DNA of 63,369 bases, filler included, from Octopus bimaculoides (taxonomy: Eukaryota): NCBI RefSeq assembly GCF_001194135.2. It is 8 parts of 7 records of this genome, joined end to end, with 100 filler letters (N's around TTAATTAATTAA, not from the genome) between each part and the next. Parts side by side here need not be neighbours in the genome. Positions count along the whole stretch, not along the records: positions 22,380 to 36,681 come from NC_069009.1; positions 36,782 to 40,822 come from NC_068986.1; 6 more parts are not named here. One strand, 5' to 3'. Both the position numbers and the translations under genes were made by a program. Shown in pieces: positions 26,962 to 38,810 of this stretch; the first letter of the stretch is position 1; each line of letters begins with the position of its first letter. Below the pieces are notes generated by a model, which saw only the letters and a list, made by a program, of their open reading frames with translations, made no database searches and was not told the origin of the DNA.

Positions 26962-27116
26962 TTTTACATTGCGAATATTCCATTATAGGAATTACTTTGC
27001 TTTGGTTATTTCCCGAATCTGTATGACACTCGCCCAGGACTTTCACGGTTCTGTTATATGTTCTGTTCACGTAATTTACTAAGGCCGGCAGGTGACATCC
27101 ACACATCATGTGGTCA
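26962..27116 (-). CDS. LRR C-terminal cap exon (155 nt, phase 2-1): DHMMCGCHLPALVNYVNRTYNRTVKVLGECHTDSGNNQSKVIPIMEYSQCK
   Basis: Acceptor tttataattacag, donor gttagt. The CxC...C...C four-cysteine spacing is typical of LRRCT. Open in the phase predicted by the neighbouring exons. Confidence 0.85.
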
Positions 27117-27295
27117 CTGTAATTATAAAGAGAACTTTAACTGAATGCTCTTCAGATCAAACTCCTGCTTGATTTGACAAGAAACAAGGATTATATAACT
27201 TCAGCAAGTGTATAAAAATGGTAACATTCATGTTCTTTTATTTTCCAGGAGCAAACAACATCAATAACGTGAAAAGCTTTCTAGTAGAAAGTTCT

Positions 27296-27327
<32 letters not shown>

Positions 27328-27664
27328 CTTATAGCTTACATTTTGAATGATAAAATCCCTTTAGTTAAGAGAAAATTCATAACCATTTGAAGTGACTTCA
27401 TGATATCGTGGGTTAGAGAGCGATCTATAACATAAGACGGCCGAAGGAGAAAAAAGATCTGAGCATGGCATGGATTGACAACTGGAAGACTTTTGACAGT
27501 AGAATACGCTATCCCCACACAAGCACGCACACACATACGCAGCTCCAACATGCACACACAAGCACATATACAGCCCTATATTCCGATGTCTCTGACACAC
27601 AAAATGTTTCACATTCTTCTCTTACTATCTATTTCTTTCTTCCTCTCTCTTAAATATATATGTA

Positions 27665-27906
27665 TATTGGGTTGGTGCATAATTATTGCGACTTTTTTCA
27701 ACAAGTTTTATTAAACAAAAACAATAACAGCATGTAACAAAAACATGTTTAAATGATTATTCCGGTGCATTTTCACCATCTACCTCAATTGTTGCTACCC
27801 CTTTGCTTGGCAGACGGTCAGACCGTCAGTTAAAGATGTTTATGTTAAATATTGTTATTGCTTTTATTGAGTAAAATTCGTTGATAAAAGCCGCAATAAT
27901 TATGCA

Positions 27907-27917
<11 letters not shown>
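27665..27917. mobile_element. mariner-derived MITE (about 250 bp)
   Basis: TIRs tattgggttggtgcataattattgcg / cgcaataattatgcacctaccctata with TA ends. Confidence 0.8.
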
Positions 27918-27940
<23 letters not shown>

Positions 27941-28197
27941 NNNNNNNNNNNNNNNNNNNNNNNNNNNNNNNNNNNNNNNNNNNNNNNNNNNNNNNNNNNN
28001 NNNNNNNNNNNNNNNNNNNNNNNNNNNNNNNNNNNNNNNNNNNNNNNNNNNNNNNNNNNNNNNNNNNNNNNNNNNNNNNNNNNNNNNNNNNNNNNNNNNN
28101 NNNNNNNNNNNNNNNNNNNNNNNNNNNNNNNNNNNNNNNNNNNNNNNNNNNNNNNNNNNNNNNNNNNNNNNNNNNNNNNNNNNNNNNNNATATGTAT

Positions 28198-28234
<37 letters not shown>

Positions 28235-28239
28235 TAATA

Positions 28240-28540
28240 ATAATAGTAACACAAATCAGAAGAGTTGTCTTCCAAGGGGAGTTTCTGTCCCTACTGATCT
28301 TTGTATTAAGCACGATACCACTACCACTAATTCTGAGGAAAGCAAGGGCTGGTTATGTATGTCTTCAAGAGCCGCCAACAAAAAGGCAACCACTTGTCAC
28401 TCATGGATGACCTCAAACTTTATGGTAAAGATGAATCCCAAGTCAGTTCCTTCGTTGATACGGTGTATACGTTCAGTGTTGATATCACAAATTATATCAC
28501 TTGTACAGTATAGCTATTGGTTTGGATCATCCGTGAACTA
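28240..28540 (+). mobile_element. R4/Dong-like RT fragment
   Basis: RRVVFQGEFLSLLIFVL..IPL..ILRK...GY and MDDLKLYGK. Starts after (TAA)n. Confidence 0.7.
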
Positions 28541-28905
28541 AGCCCCTCATATTCTCTCTTCCCCTCTCTCTCCCCTCTCTCTCTCTCCCTATATATATAT
28601 ATAGATAGATAGATAGAGAGAGGGAGTGAGAGGGAAGGAGGGGGTGCACTGAACCAACACCTTTATATATATTATATGTATTTGTGAACATGGATAAAAT
28701 GAAATTAAACCAATCCACATGCTATATGAACACAGTCTGCCATGCAAAAGAAAATAATAAATTTGGCAAACTAAAATTTAAACCATTTCATTGATATTTG
28801 TTGTTTAGACTATTTAACAAACTATCATGAAGTTAATGACATCTGTCTATGACATTGTACAAAGTGTTTTAATTTCCCCATAAACAAAGAGCATGTTATA
28901 CATAC

Positions 28906-28977
28906 ATCTTCTCTATACTGGGAAAGAATAAGAAAGCGCCATCATCATATTTTTTGATCTGGTTGTTGCTCAAATAT
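28906..28977 (-). CDS. LRR exon 3 (72 nt, phase 2-2): YLSNNQIKKYDDGAFLFFPSIEKI
   Basis: Acceptor tctgtttctttcag, donor gtatgt, 72 nt, LRR consensus. Confidence 0.9.
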
Positions 28978-31698
28978 CTGAAAGAAACAGACAAATATTA
29001 TTATTAGTTAAAATACGTAGATACCAGCAATTCGGTTTCTCCTGGTTGGTACTGTCTAAATTTCTTTTTAATCAACACTAATGGAATTCTCGTGTTCACA
29101 GTACAATTGTTTATTTGAATATATGACCCCTGGCGGTGTAGTTTGTACAAGAATAAATTCGATCAATCTATCTTAAATATGCTGAGTGAAGAGAAAATCG
29201 TGTGTGATACCTCAACAGCAAAAGCTGGAAGATGATAAGTTATATGAATAACAAACAAAACGAAACTTTGTTACCTGTACAATATGGATTTTAGATAACA
29301 CATTCAAGTATGCTAGAAATACAATTTTCGGTATATGCTCCAATGACATTATAAAACTTTCTACTGTAGGCATAAGGCCTTAAATTTGGGGAAGAGAACC
29401 AGTCGATTACATCAATCCCAATGCTCAAATGGCATTTATTTTATGGGTCTCGAAATGATAAAGAAACGCACTGTCGACATCGGTAGTATTTGATCTCAGA
29501 ATGTAAAGAGCCGGACGAAAATTACAATAAAATTGCAAGGATAAGAAATTGTGAATTATTATAACACTGAATATCTTAAGAGTATTTTACAACTTTAAGA
29601 ACCATATCCGAAGTATACGTCACAATTATGTTCATCCGTAACATTTAGTAGGAAATATCATTCTCTGAATCAGTTCTTAGACACTTTGATACAGTTGTAT
29701 GGGAAATAAAATTTTAATGTATATGATTTATAGTCCAGAAAATTGGAAAACAGACTATGTAATAAAGGAAAGTACCATAAAGTACGCTAGTTATAACATA
29801 ATACATATATTCACTGAGGACCAAATTGTTAAAAAAACATTGCCAAATTAGATACTAGTCATACAATATGCAGAACTGCTAGTGGTCAAGTTCTTTGTTG
29901 CCCTGACGACAAAAATATATTATATGGAAAGAACTAACGTCTACAACTTTTCCATTAACAGAAATTCTTTGAAATACCATCATGTGATAATGAAACTTCT
30001 GCTGTGGCAGTTGTGATATAAAATATAGTCTATTCCCAACACAAGGTTGTGACTGCGTCACAAACCTCTTAAAATAGGTTTAAAATTTTGGCACAAGGCT
30101 AGCAATTTCGGGGAAGAGAGTATGTCATTTACATCGACCTCAGTGCTCAACTGGTACATTTTTATAAACCTTCAAAGAATGAAAAGCAATTTCGACCTCA
30201 GCCAAATTGGAACTTAGAACTGACGAAATGCTGCTAAGCATTTGACCGGCGTGCTAAAGATTATACCAGTTCCCTTTTCTTTAAATTTTTTTATATTGAA
30301 ATTCTATAGACATTGTAACTTTTATATCACAGATTCGAAATTTCGTCTCCTTTGTTGTAGCGCAGGTTCGACCAGCATACCTTCGCCGTGTCCTGGTTCG
30401 GCCGACTGACTCCGACCTGGACGTTTACTGGCTGTATCTGTCCGCTATTTATACGTATTAGACTAGCCTACTTCTGGTCTNNNNNNNNNNTTTTTTCAAA
30501 CACAGAATTATTTTTTGCATTTCTACGACTTTTCTTTTAACATTTTCCATTTCTATAACTTTTCCTTTACTAGTTGACATTTCATCTCGAGTCCTTTCAA
30601 GGAGGACCTATTTAGTATTCTCAATCACAAAATGGCTTGCGGTTTCTTTGTCCATTTTAACATTCCTAGCAACTGGTTTCTTTTCAACTTCAATAGATAT
30701 CTGCTCACGTTTGAAACCTTCTTGTCTGACTCGCTTTAAATGTATCGTAGTAAATATTTTGTAGCACACAGAATTTTCCAAATCCTTCACACGCGCCCAG
30801 TGTTTATATCCTATCAGCATTTTCTCGCTCCACACAGAACCATTTTTCTTTTTCTTTTTGTATTGTCGTAAATACTTTGTTACACAGAATTACCAAATCC
30901 TTCAAACGGACTTGTATTATCAGCAAATTTTTCGTTCCATACAGAGTCATTTTTTCAAAATGCCCGCAGGTTGTACCAGTCTATCATTATTACTGGTAGC
31001 GCTACTACACAAAGCAACCTGACATATAATTCCTGCCAACAGACTTATGCTATTATTTCTTTGTGTGTAGTTCTGTGTCAGTCCAAATCCTTTCCACACA
31101 GAATCATTTTCAACTTCAAAATGCTTTAACGGACTTATATTTATTCTACTTCGGAAATATTTTCACTGCAATTTGTTTTCTTTAAAATCATTTTCCACTG
31201 TATGTGTAGTTCTGTGTTCATTCGAATCCTACTTCGGCGACATTTTTCGCTACGATTTTTCCTTCAAAATCATTTTTCACTCTGTATATTACATTTTCAC
31301 TGCACTTTTTCTTCAAAATCATTGTTCACTGTGCTTATTCTCATAGAATTTTACCCTTACTTTCATTTTTGTATCTACTCAAGAAGGCTGAGAAAAACGT
31401 ATGGTTACAAAAAGGGATCACATCAGAACGCTTCTTAAGGAGTCTTGAACCAAAACATTTAAGAATCAAATACGAACAATCTACGTTTATTTGAATTGTG
31501 AAAGAGAGAAATTTACATTAGTACATACATACACTTATACACACGATATCAAACACGGGCACACAATTTTTCACACTCATATTCATATTCACATACACAC
31601 TCTCGTATCTAAAGAGAGAGTTACGAATATAGGAAGACGTTAGATATCGAGAAATAAGATGTCAATGAAAAATTTTCAGCAAGGCTGATCCAACATAC

Positions 31699-31770
31699 AA
31701 ACGCGTTAAACTGGGTAGGTTTTGAAAGGTTCCTTTTTCAATGTTCGTGATATTGTTAGAATCCAAACGT
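31699..31770 (-). CDS. LRR exon 2 (72 nt, phase 2-2): RLDSNNITNIEKGTFQNLPSLTRL
   Basis: Acceptor ttacag, donor gtatgt, 72 nt, canonical LRR. The junction with exon 1 gives TTA (Leu). Confidence 0.92.
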
Positions 31771-31924
31771 CTGTAACATATAAGTGGGTTGATAAGAACA
31801 GATTTGTGATAAAATGTTAAATAGCAGATATAAAAATTTGATGAAAGAGGCGTAGAAAAGGATGCAGAAACATTAAAAGACGAGGAGGAGGAGGAAGATG
31901 AGAAAGATAAAGGAAACGAAGAAA

Positions 31925-31959
<35 letters not shown>

Positions 31960-32364
31960 GATATCAATGAATCCGATGGTGAAGGTGTTATTTACGATGC
32001 TATTGATAATGTCATTTTTGACGACATTGATGAGCATGGTGACGATAATCACGAGTGATGATGATGCAGATATTAGTAACTGATGATGATGGATTATTGA
32101 ACATGACTGTTAGTAAAAGTGATAGTAACTTTTGAAGATAAGAAGCACGGTGATGATGATGCTTATAGTAATGATAATGTTATGTCAAGGATAATGATTT
32201 TGACGATGATGATGATGACGAGGAGCAGGAAGTAGAAGGGGAAGAAATATATAATGATAAAGAGAAAATGACGATGTTAGACGTAAAGATATGTATTAAG
32301 TATAGAAGATGCATCAATATAAGAAGAAAATATAGACGATGTGTCTGGAGGGAATGTAAAGGGT

Positions 32365-32850
32365 TAAACTCCAGTTTCAGATCCGGGCAAAAAATAGAAA
32401 GAATAATGTAATATGTGTAAAACAACGTGTAGTAAAAGAATATGAAGACAAAATGCGCGTTGCCGAATGGCGGTGAGGAAGAGAGGAAACGGAAAATTCA
32501 TATTGGGAATGTTCCGAGTCCTCTCACCATCACCCCATCTATCGTCGCAATTTTTTCTTTATATTCGCTTACGACACATTATTTTACACCTATTACACTA
32601 TTTCTATTTCAAATTTTGTGACGGCTTTCTCGGAAAATTCACATGATCAGACTCACAGGATCCGAAAACTCAAATCGAGGAGTGGTGAGAGGACTCGGAA
32701 TATTCTTGATGTGAATTTTCCGAGTCCTTTCCTCCACCTTTCTCAGCGTGCATGTTTTAATCAGATTCGATTAGTATACGTTGTTTTACATATATTACAC
32801 TAATTTCCTTTTTTTTTTTGCCCGCAGGGTCTGAAACGGCAGTTTCACCA
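32365..32850. mobile_element. Degenerate foldback element
   Basis: ttccgagtcctctcacca / tggtgagaggactcggaa (18 bp perfect), tgtaatatgtgtaaaacaacgt / acgttgttttacatatattaca, and similar termini. Confidence 0.7.
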
Positions 32851-35707
32851 TGAAAAGATAATGGAAGAAGACAGGGAAATAGAAAAAAGAGTGAAAGAAA
32901 ATGAATTAGGAAAAAATAGAAAGTCAAAACAGCATATTGAAGAAGTCAAAGAGAAAATGACGACAAAAGAAAACGGAGAAGAGAAGAAAGCAGGAAGTCA
33001 CGAATGAAAACCAATAATGAGGAAAGAAGAATTTATTAGAGGAAAATTAATTTGAAGAAGAATAGAAATTGAAGACGAAGTGTAGTATTAAGGAAGAATA
33101 TATGGGAGAATAAGCAGAACAGTGACATGGATATCAATAAGGATGTGACGAACATGATAGCGATGATGGTGGGAAAGAAGTTATACAAAGTGTATAGAAG
33201 AGGAAGTAGAAGACGAAGAATTATAAAAGACGGCGAAAAGAGGAAAAGGAAAGAAGGGGAGAACTGGAAAGAGGAGAGGAAGGAAAGCAGAAAGAGAAGT
33301 ATAAGACAAAATAAAGATGAAAGAGAAAATACAAAAAGACGAGGAGGAGGAAGCAGCAGACGGGTCAGAAAGATAAAGAAGAAAGCAAAGAAGCAAAGAA
33401 TAGGTGATAGAAGACAAAGAAGGTGGAGTACAGATAGTACGAAACAAAAGAGAAGATAGAAAATTTGAAAGAGAATTACAAAAATAGGAAATAAAAATAG
33501 ATGTTGTTAGAATAATAGAAGATGAAGTTGAAGAAGAAAAAGTGCAGTAAAAGAAGTGTAGCAATAAGTAAAAGACGAAAAGGGAGAAGAAAAAGGATAT
33601 AAGAATTATTAATATAACCAGATATATGCAGAAAGAACCAACTATAATTCATACATACAATTGAACACTTACATATACANNNNNNNNNNNNNNNNNNNNN
33701 NNNNNNNNNNNNNNNNNNNNNNNNNNNNNNNNNNNNNNNNNNNNNNNNNNNNNNNNNNNNNNNNNNNNNNNNNNNNNNNNNNNNNNNNNNNNNNNNNNNN
33801 NNNNNNNNNNNNNNNNNNNNNNNNNNNNNNNNNNNNNNNNNNNNNNNNNNNNNNNNNNNNNNNNNNNNNNNNNNNNNNNNNNNNNNNNNNNNNNNNNNNN
33901 NNNNNNNNNNNNNNNNNNNNNNNNNNNNNNNNNNNNNNNNNNNNNNNNNNNNNNNNNNNNNNNNNNNNNNNNNNNNNNNNNNNNNNNNNNNNNNNNNNNN
34001 NNNNNNNNNNNNNNNNNNNNNNNNNNNNNNNNNNNNNNNNNNNNNNNNNNNNNNNNNNNNNNNNNNNNNNNNNNNNNNNNNNNNNNNNNNNNNNNNNNNN
34101 NNNNNNNNNNNNNNNNNNNNNNNNNNNNNNNNNNNNNNNNNNNNNNNNNNNNNNNNNNNNNNNNNNNNNNNNNNNNNNNNNNNNNNNNNNNNNNNNNNNN
34201 NNNNNNNNNNNNNNNNNNNNNNNNNNNNNNNNNNNNNNNNNNNNNNNNNNNNNNNNNNNNNNNNNNNNNNNNNNNNNNNNNNNNNNNNNNNNNNNNNNNN
34301 NNNNNNNNNNNNNNNNNNNNNNNNNNNNNNNNNNNNNNNNNNNNNNNNNNNNNNNNNNNNNNNNNNNNNNNNNNNNNNNNNNNNNNNNNNNNNNNNNNNN
34401 NNNNNNNNNNNNNNNNNNNNNNNNNNNNNNNNNNNNNNNNNNNNNNNNNNNNNNNNNNNNNNNNNNNNNNNNNNNNNNNNNNNNNNNNNNNNNNNNNNNN
34501 NNNNNNNNNNNNNNNNNNNNNNNNNNNNNNNNNNNNNNNNNNNNNNNNNNNNNNNNNNNNNNNNNNNNNNNNNNNNNNNNNNNNNNNAGAAACATAATCT
34601 GTTGGTTTCGATCATTTCTCTGTATGTTGTTTTTTTGTATTGATACTTCTCCTTTCATAAACATCTGCAATTTTGTACTGGCAAACATCTCCTCACATTT
34701 AATCACATCAAATGTTTCCATATATTTGGATGACTAATATTCAGTGTGTTTTTCAGCACGCTGTGGTACATTTTAAAACTATGTGTAATACGAGCAATCC
34801 CCTTCATACATCGCTCTTAAACACTCCATATAGATAATGGAATTGGAGCTTCACGACGTCGCCTCCTCTTCCCCCTTCCTTTAGGTGATCCTAAATAATT
34901 ATTTTCAAAATAGGATACAATTGACTGTGATATATCATCATCATCTACAAGTTGTTCATATCAGTCCTATCAAACTGCAAATGGAGGTATTTCCGAGAAG
35001 GCACAGTCGTTTAAATTCTGAACTTCACTAGCGAGTTAAGGAAGTTAAGATAAATAATGTGTTAAAGAATGTATAAAATTAGAAATATGAATAATGTAGT
35101 GAGAAATACACATATAGAATCAAATGATATTTGGTAATCCACAGCTAGTCAATAGTAAATCATTTGCAGGTTGTATTGCACACACATGACAAACTCGCAC
35201 ACACACACATGCATTCACAAACATATATGCATACATATACGCAAAAATGCACAAAATAGTATCCATACATTGTCATAAACACACCAACACGCATTTGTGT
35301 TGACACNNNNNNNNNNNNNNNNNNNNNNNNNNNNNNNNNNNNNNNNNNNNNNNNNNNNNNNNNNNNNNNNNNNNNNNNNNNNNNNNNNNNNNNNNNNNNN
35401 NNNNNNNNNNNNNNNNNNNNNNNNNNNNNNNNNNNNNNNNNNNNNNNNNNNNNNNNNNNNNNNNNNNNNNNNNNNNNNNNNNNNNNNNNNNNNNNNNNNN
35501 NNNNNNNNNNNNNNNNNNNNNNNNNNNNNNNNNNNNNNNNNNNNNNNNNNNNNNNNNNNNNNNNNNNNNNNNNNNNNNNNNNNNNNNNNNNNNNNNNNNN
35601 NNNNNNNNNNNNNNNNNNNNNNNNNNNNNNNNNNNNNNNNNNGAAGAATGAGAATTGAATATCTAGAATATATCGGCAGCGAAAAATCATCTACAGATCC
35701 AACTTAC

Positions 35708-35779
35708 AATTCTGTTAAATTAGGAACATCTTGGAAAGTTTCATCTTTAATGTTTGTAATATTGTTATTATTCAGATAT
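35708..35779 (-). CDS. LRR exon 1 of LRR-LU mosaic gene (72 nt, phase 2-2): YLNNNNITNIKDETFQDVPNLTEL
   Basis: Acceptor ttatgtttcag and donor gtaagt. Exactly 72 nt (one 24-aa LRR). Fits xLxxNxIxxIxxxxFxxLxxLxxL. Confidence 0.9.
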
Positions 35780-37735
35780 CTGAAACATAAAAGTGAGGTG
35801 ATGAATAATATTGAACACATTTGTTATAACATTAAATATTATGGCTGATAAGTGAAATAAGTGCAGATTCTATGAATATAGTAAGTTTAGTGCGTGGCAA
35901 CTGCAGTAGGGCACCTAATGAAACAGTAAAAATCTAGTGGCAGCAACATTAACCAATGCCACCACCAAGAGGTAAGGAAGAAGAAATTAGATGAAGGGAC
36001 AGAAGTAAAAGACAAGGGAGAACAAATTTATGAGGATCACGATGAAGAGGCAGAAAAGGAGGCAATGGAGGTGATGATGAGTGTGATGAAATTGATGATA
36101 ATGAGGTTCATGATAATGTATGATGATGCTCATCATCATGGTAATTAATGACTAACATGATGAGCAAGGAGTAGAAGAATTAAAAAAAGAAAGAAATTGA
36201 AGAGAGCAGGATAGGTAAACGACAAAGACGACAATGGTGAATAAAGTATAGCAGAAATAGTTGGCAAAAAGAAAATATTGCTGATGACGTCGAAGAGAAG
36301 AGAAAAGCAGAGTCGGGAGTGGAAGAGGCAGAATAGTAAGAAAAAAACTTCAAAATGATAAGGGTAATTAGTGAACGAAAATAATTAGTAAAATATGTAA
36401 AACTAATGTAGACGGTCTGGAGTCAGAAAGATATAAGAAAAAGAAAACGAAAAACACAAAATAGAATTATGTAGCTGATGAATATGTAGAAGGCGATAAA
36501 AGATAAAAGAAGGAGGAGGGAAAGGAAACAAGAAAAATAAGAAAATAAATGTAAGCGAAGACAAAGCCAGAGATGTGAAGGAAGTGATGTAATATGAAGA
36601 CGACGATAAAGCAGATGAAGAAGACTATAATGAGAGAGAATAAAACAATAAACTAAATGACGATAAAAAGAAAAACCAAATNNNNNNNNNNNNNNNNNNN
36701 NNNNNNNNNNNNNNNNNNNNNNNNNTTAATTAATTAANNNNNNNNNNNNNNNNNNNNNNNNNNNNNNNNNNNNNNNNNNNNATATATATATATATATACG
36801 TATATATATATATATACACACTCACATATACAGACACAGATACACCCGGAACGTTGTCCATATCTTCAGTAAAATCGACAACCTATCGTTAAGAACATGC
36901 ATTAGTGAAATCGTTAGGAATTCTTTACAAGTAAGTTTAGATGGTCTTCGTAGCTGGACAGATTTGATTACTGAGATAACTTGTACAGTTTAAAAACCAG
37001 GATGACTGATAGAATGAACATGACATTGTCATTTACAGTTGGCCTCTTCTTTGTTACTGTTGCTACTTTGACTGCACTTAGTACTGATGGACGAGAACTA
37101 TGATCAAAGCACTCCTGCCATGACCATCCAAATTCGGTAATTCATTTATTTTTGTTTGTTCTTTATAAATCTCTGTTCTTTTGTTTGCGTTTATCTTTTT
37201 CATCAAAGATAGACGGATATGATTTGAAAATATAGTTCTTTTCTACTCTAGGCACAAGGCGCGAAATTTGGGGGTTTGGGGTCAGTAGATTAGATTGACG
37301 TCAGTACGCAACTGGTACTTAATTTATCAACACTGTAAGGATGAAAAGCAAAGTCGACCTCGGCGGAATTAGAACTCAGAACGTGAAGAGAGACAAAATA
37401 CTGCTAACCATTTAGCCCGGAGTGCTAAAATTTCTGCAAACTCACTGGCTTGATTTGAAAATATAATTGAAGGCCCGATACATGCATATATAAACACATG
37501 CACATACATACTCACACACATGTATAGGTGTGTGTGAATATGTATATATACATTTGCGCGCGTACAAGAAACACGCAAACGCGAGCAAAAACACACGTAT
37601 ATATATCATATAAATGAAGATTGCCTGCAGTCACAAGACATATTATAGAAACCTGCATAATATGTGTCCATTACTGGCGTTTTTTTATGTGTGCAATGTT
37701 CATTAAATGACATGCGTGTGCGTGTATATATATAT

Positions 37736-37771
<36 letters not shown>

Positions 37772-37787
37772 ACACACACACACACAC

Positions 37788-37826
<39 letters not shown>

Positions 37827-38810
37827 AGTGTGTGTGTGTGTGTGTGTTCTATGTCTGTAAAAAGAATAGAAAATTCCTAGGAAAAAGCCGAAGTCCGTCT
37901 CTGGATATTTCGTCAAATTCCATTTAAGCAATACGCAGATCCTTGCTTGCAGGAATAAAGTTTGAATAGATTTCATATATTCAAGGATATTGTATAACTG
38001 AAAATCATGCAAACAGTTTCTACACATGCACGTTTATGATAACGCTTTGCAAATGACAAGGGTTGACGTGGTTGCAAACAACAAAAAGAACAAAATGACG
38101 ATGTGTTTTTTTATATACTCAAGTTAGCATTTCTACGGATATTTGTAAGAGAATGCCAGTCGCCATATTTTGTTGGATGATGGAGAGTGTGAAGAATTCC
38201 TGAGGAGATGGTCAAAGTTTACATGAATAAGCTGCAGTATTACAAGTTCATGTTGAGCCGGCAGAGTCGTTACCGCACCGTACAAAAATAATTAGCGACA
38301 TATCGTCCATCTTTACGTTCTGATTTCAAATTCCGCCGCTGGCTACTTTGCTTTTCATTGTTCTGGTGTCGATAAATTAAGTACCAGTTGAATATTTGGT
38401 CGATTTAATTGACATACTCCTTTCCCTGAAATTTGCTGGGCTTGTACCAAACTTTAAAATCAATATTACAAATTTATTTGAATTTGATGTTTTAGCAAAA
38501 TCATTACGGCGCTGGAAAAAAGTCCCTAGCCGCATAACTTCCGACATTGCGTTCTGAAATCAAAAGCTGCCAAGCTCCTCTTTGCTTTTCCTCGTTTCGG
38601 GATCGATCAAATAATTATCAGCTAAGAACTGGGGTCGATGTAATCGACTAGTTATTCACGCAAAATTGCTGGATTTGTGCCAACCTTTGACAACAAATAT
38701 TTATGTTCGTGCACGTATATGCTATGTAGTGACGAATAACTAAAGAATTAAATGTAGATACGCAAATTCCACTCTTCGACTTATTTTATACATCCTGTGA
38801 CCAACTTATC

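Noticed and set aside
27340-27424. 85-nt segment with strong splice sites between LRR3 and LRRCT
   Set aside because: Contains a stop in the required phase-2 frame.
29275-29312. 38-nt minus-strand segment with a cag|gtaac donor
   Set aside because: Phase 1-0 does not fit between the phase-2 LRR exons.
34960-35035. Minus-strand LASEVQNLNDCAFSEIPPFAV, resembling the second half of an LRR
   Set aside because: Lacks the conserved Asn, is bounded by stops and has no 72-nt phase-2 splice pair. At most a decayed pseudo-exon.
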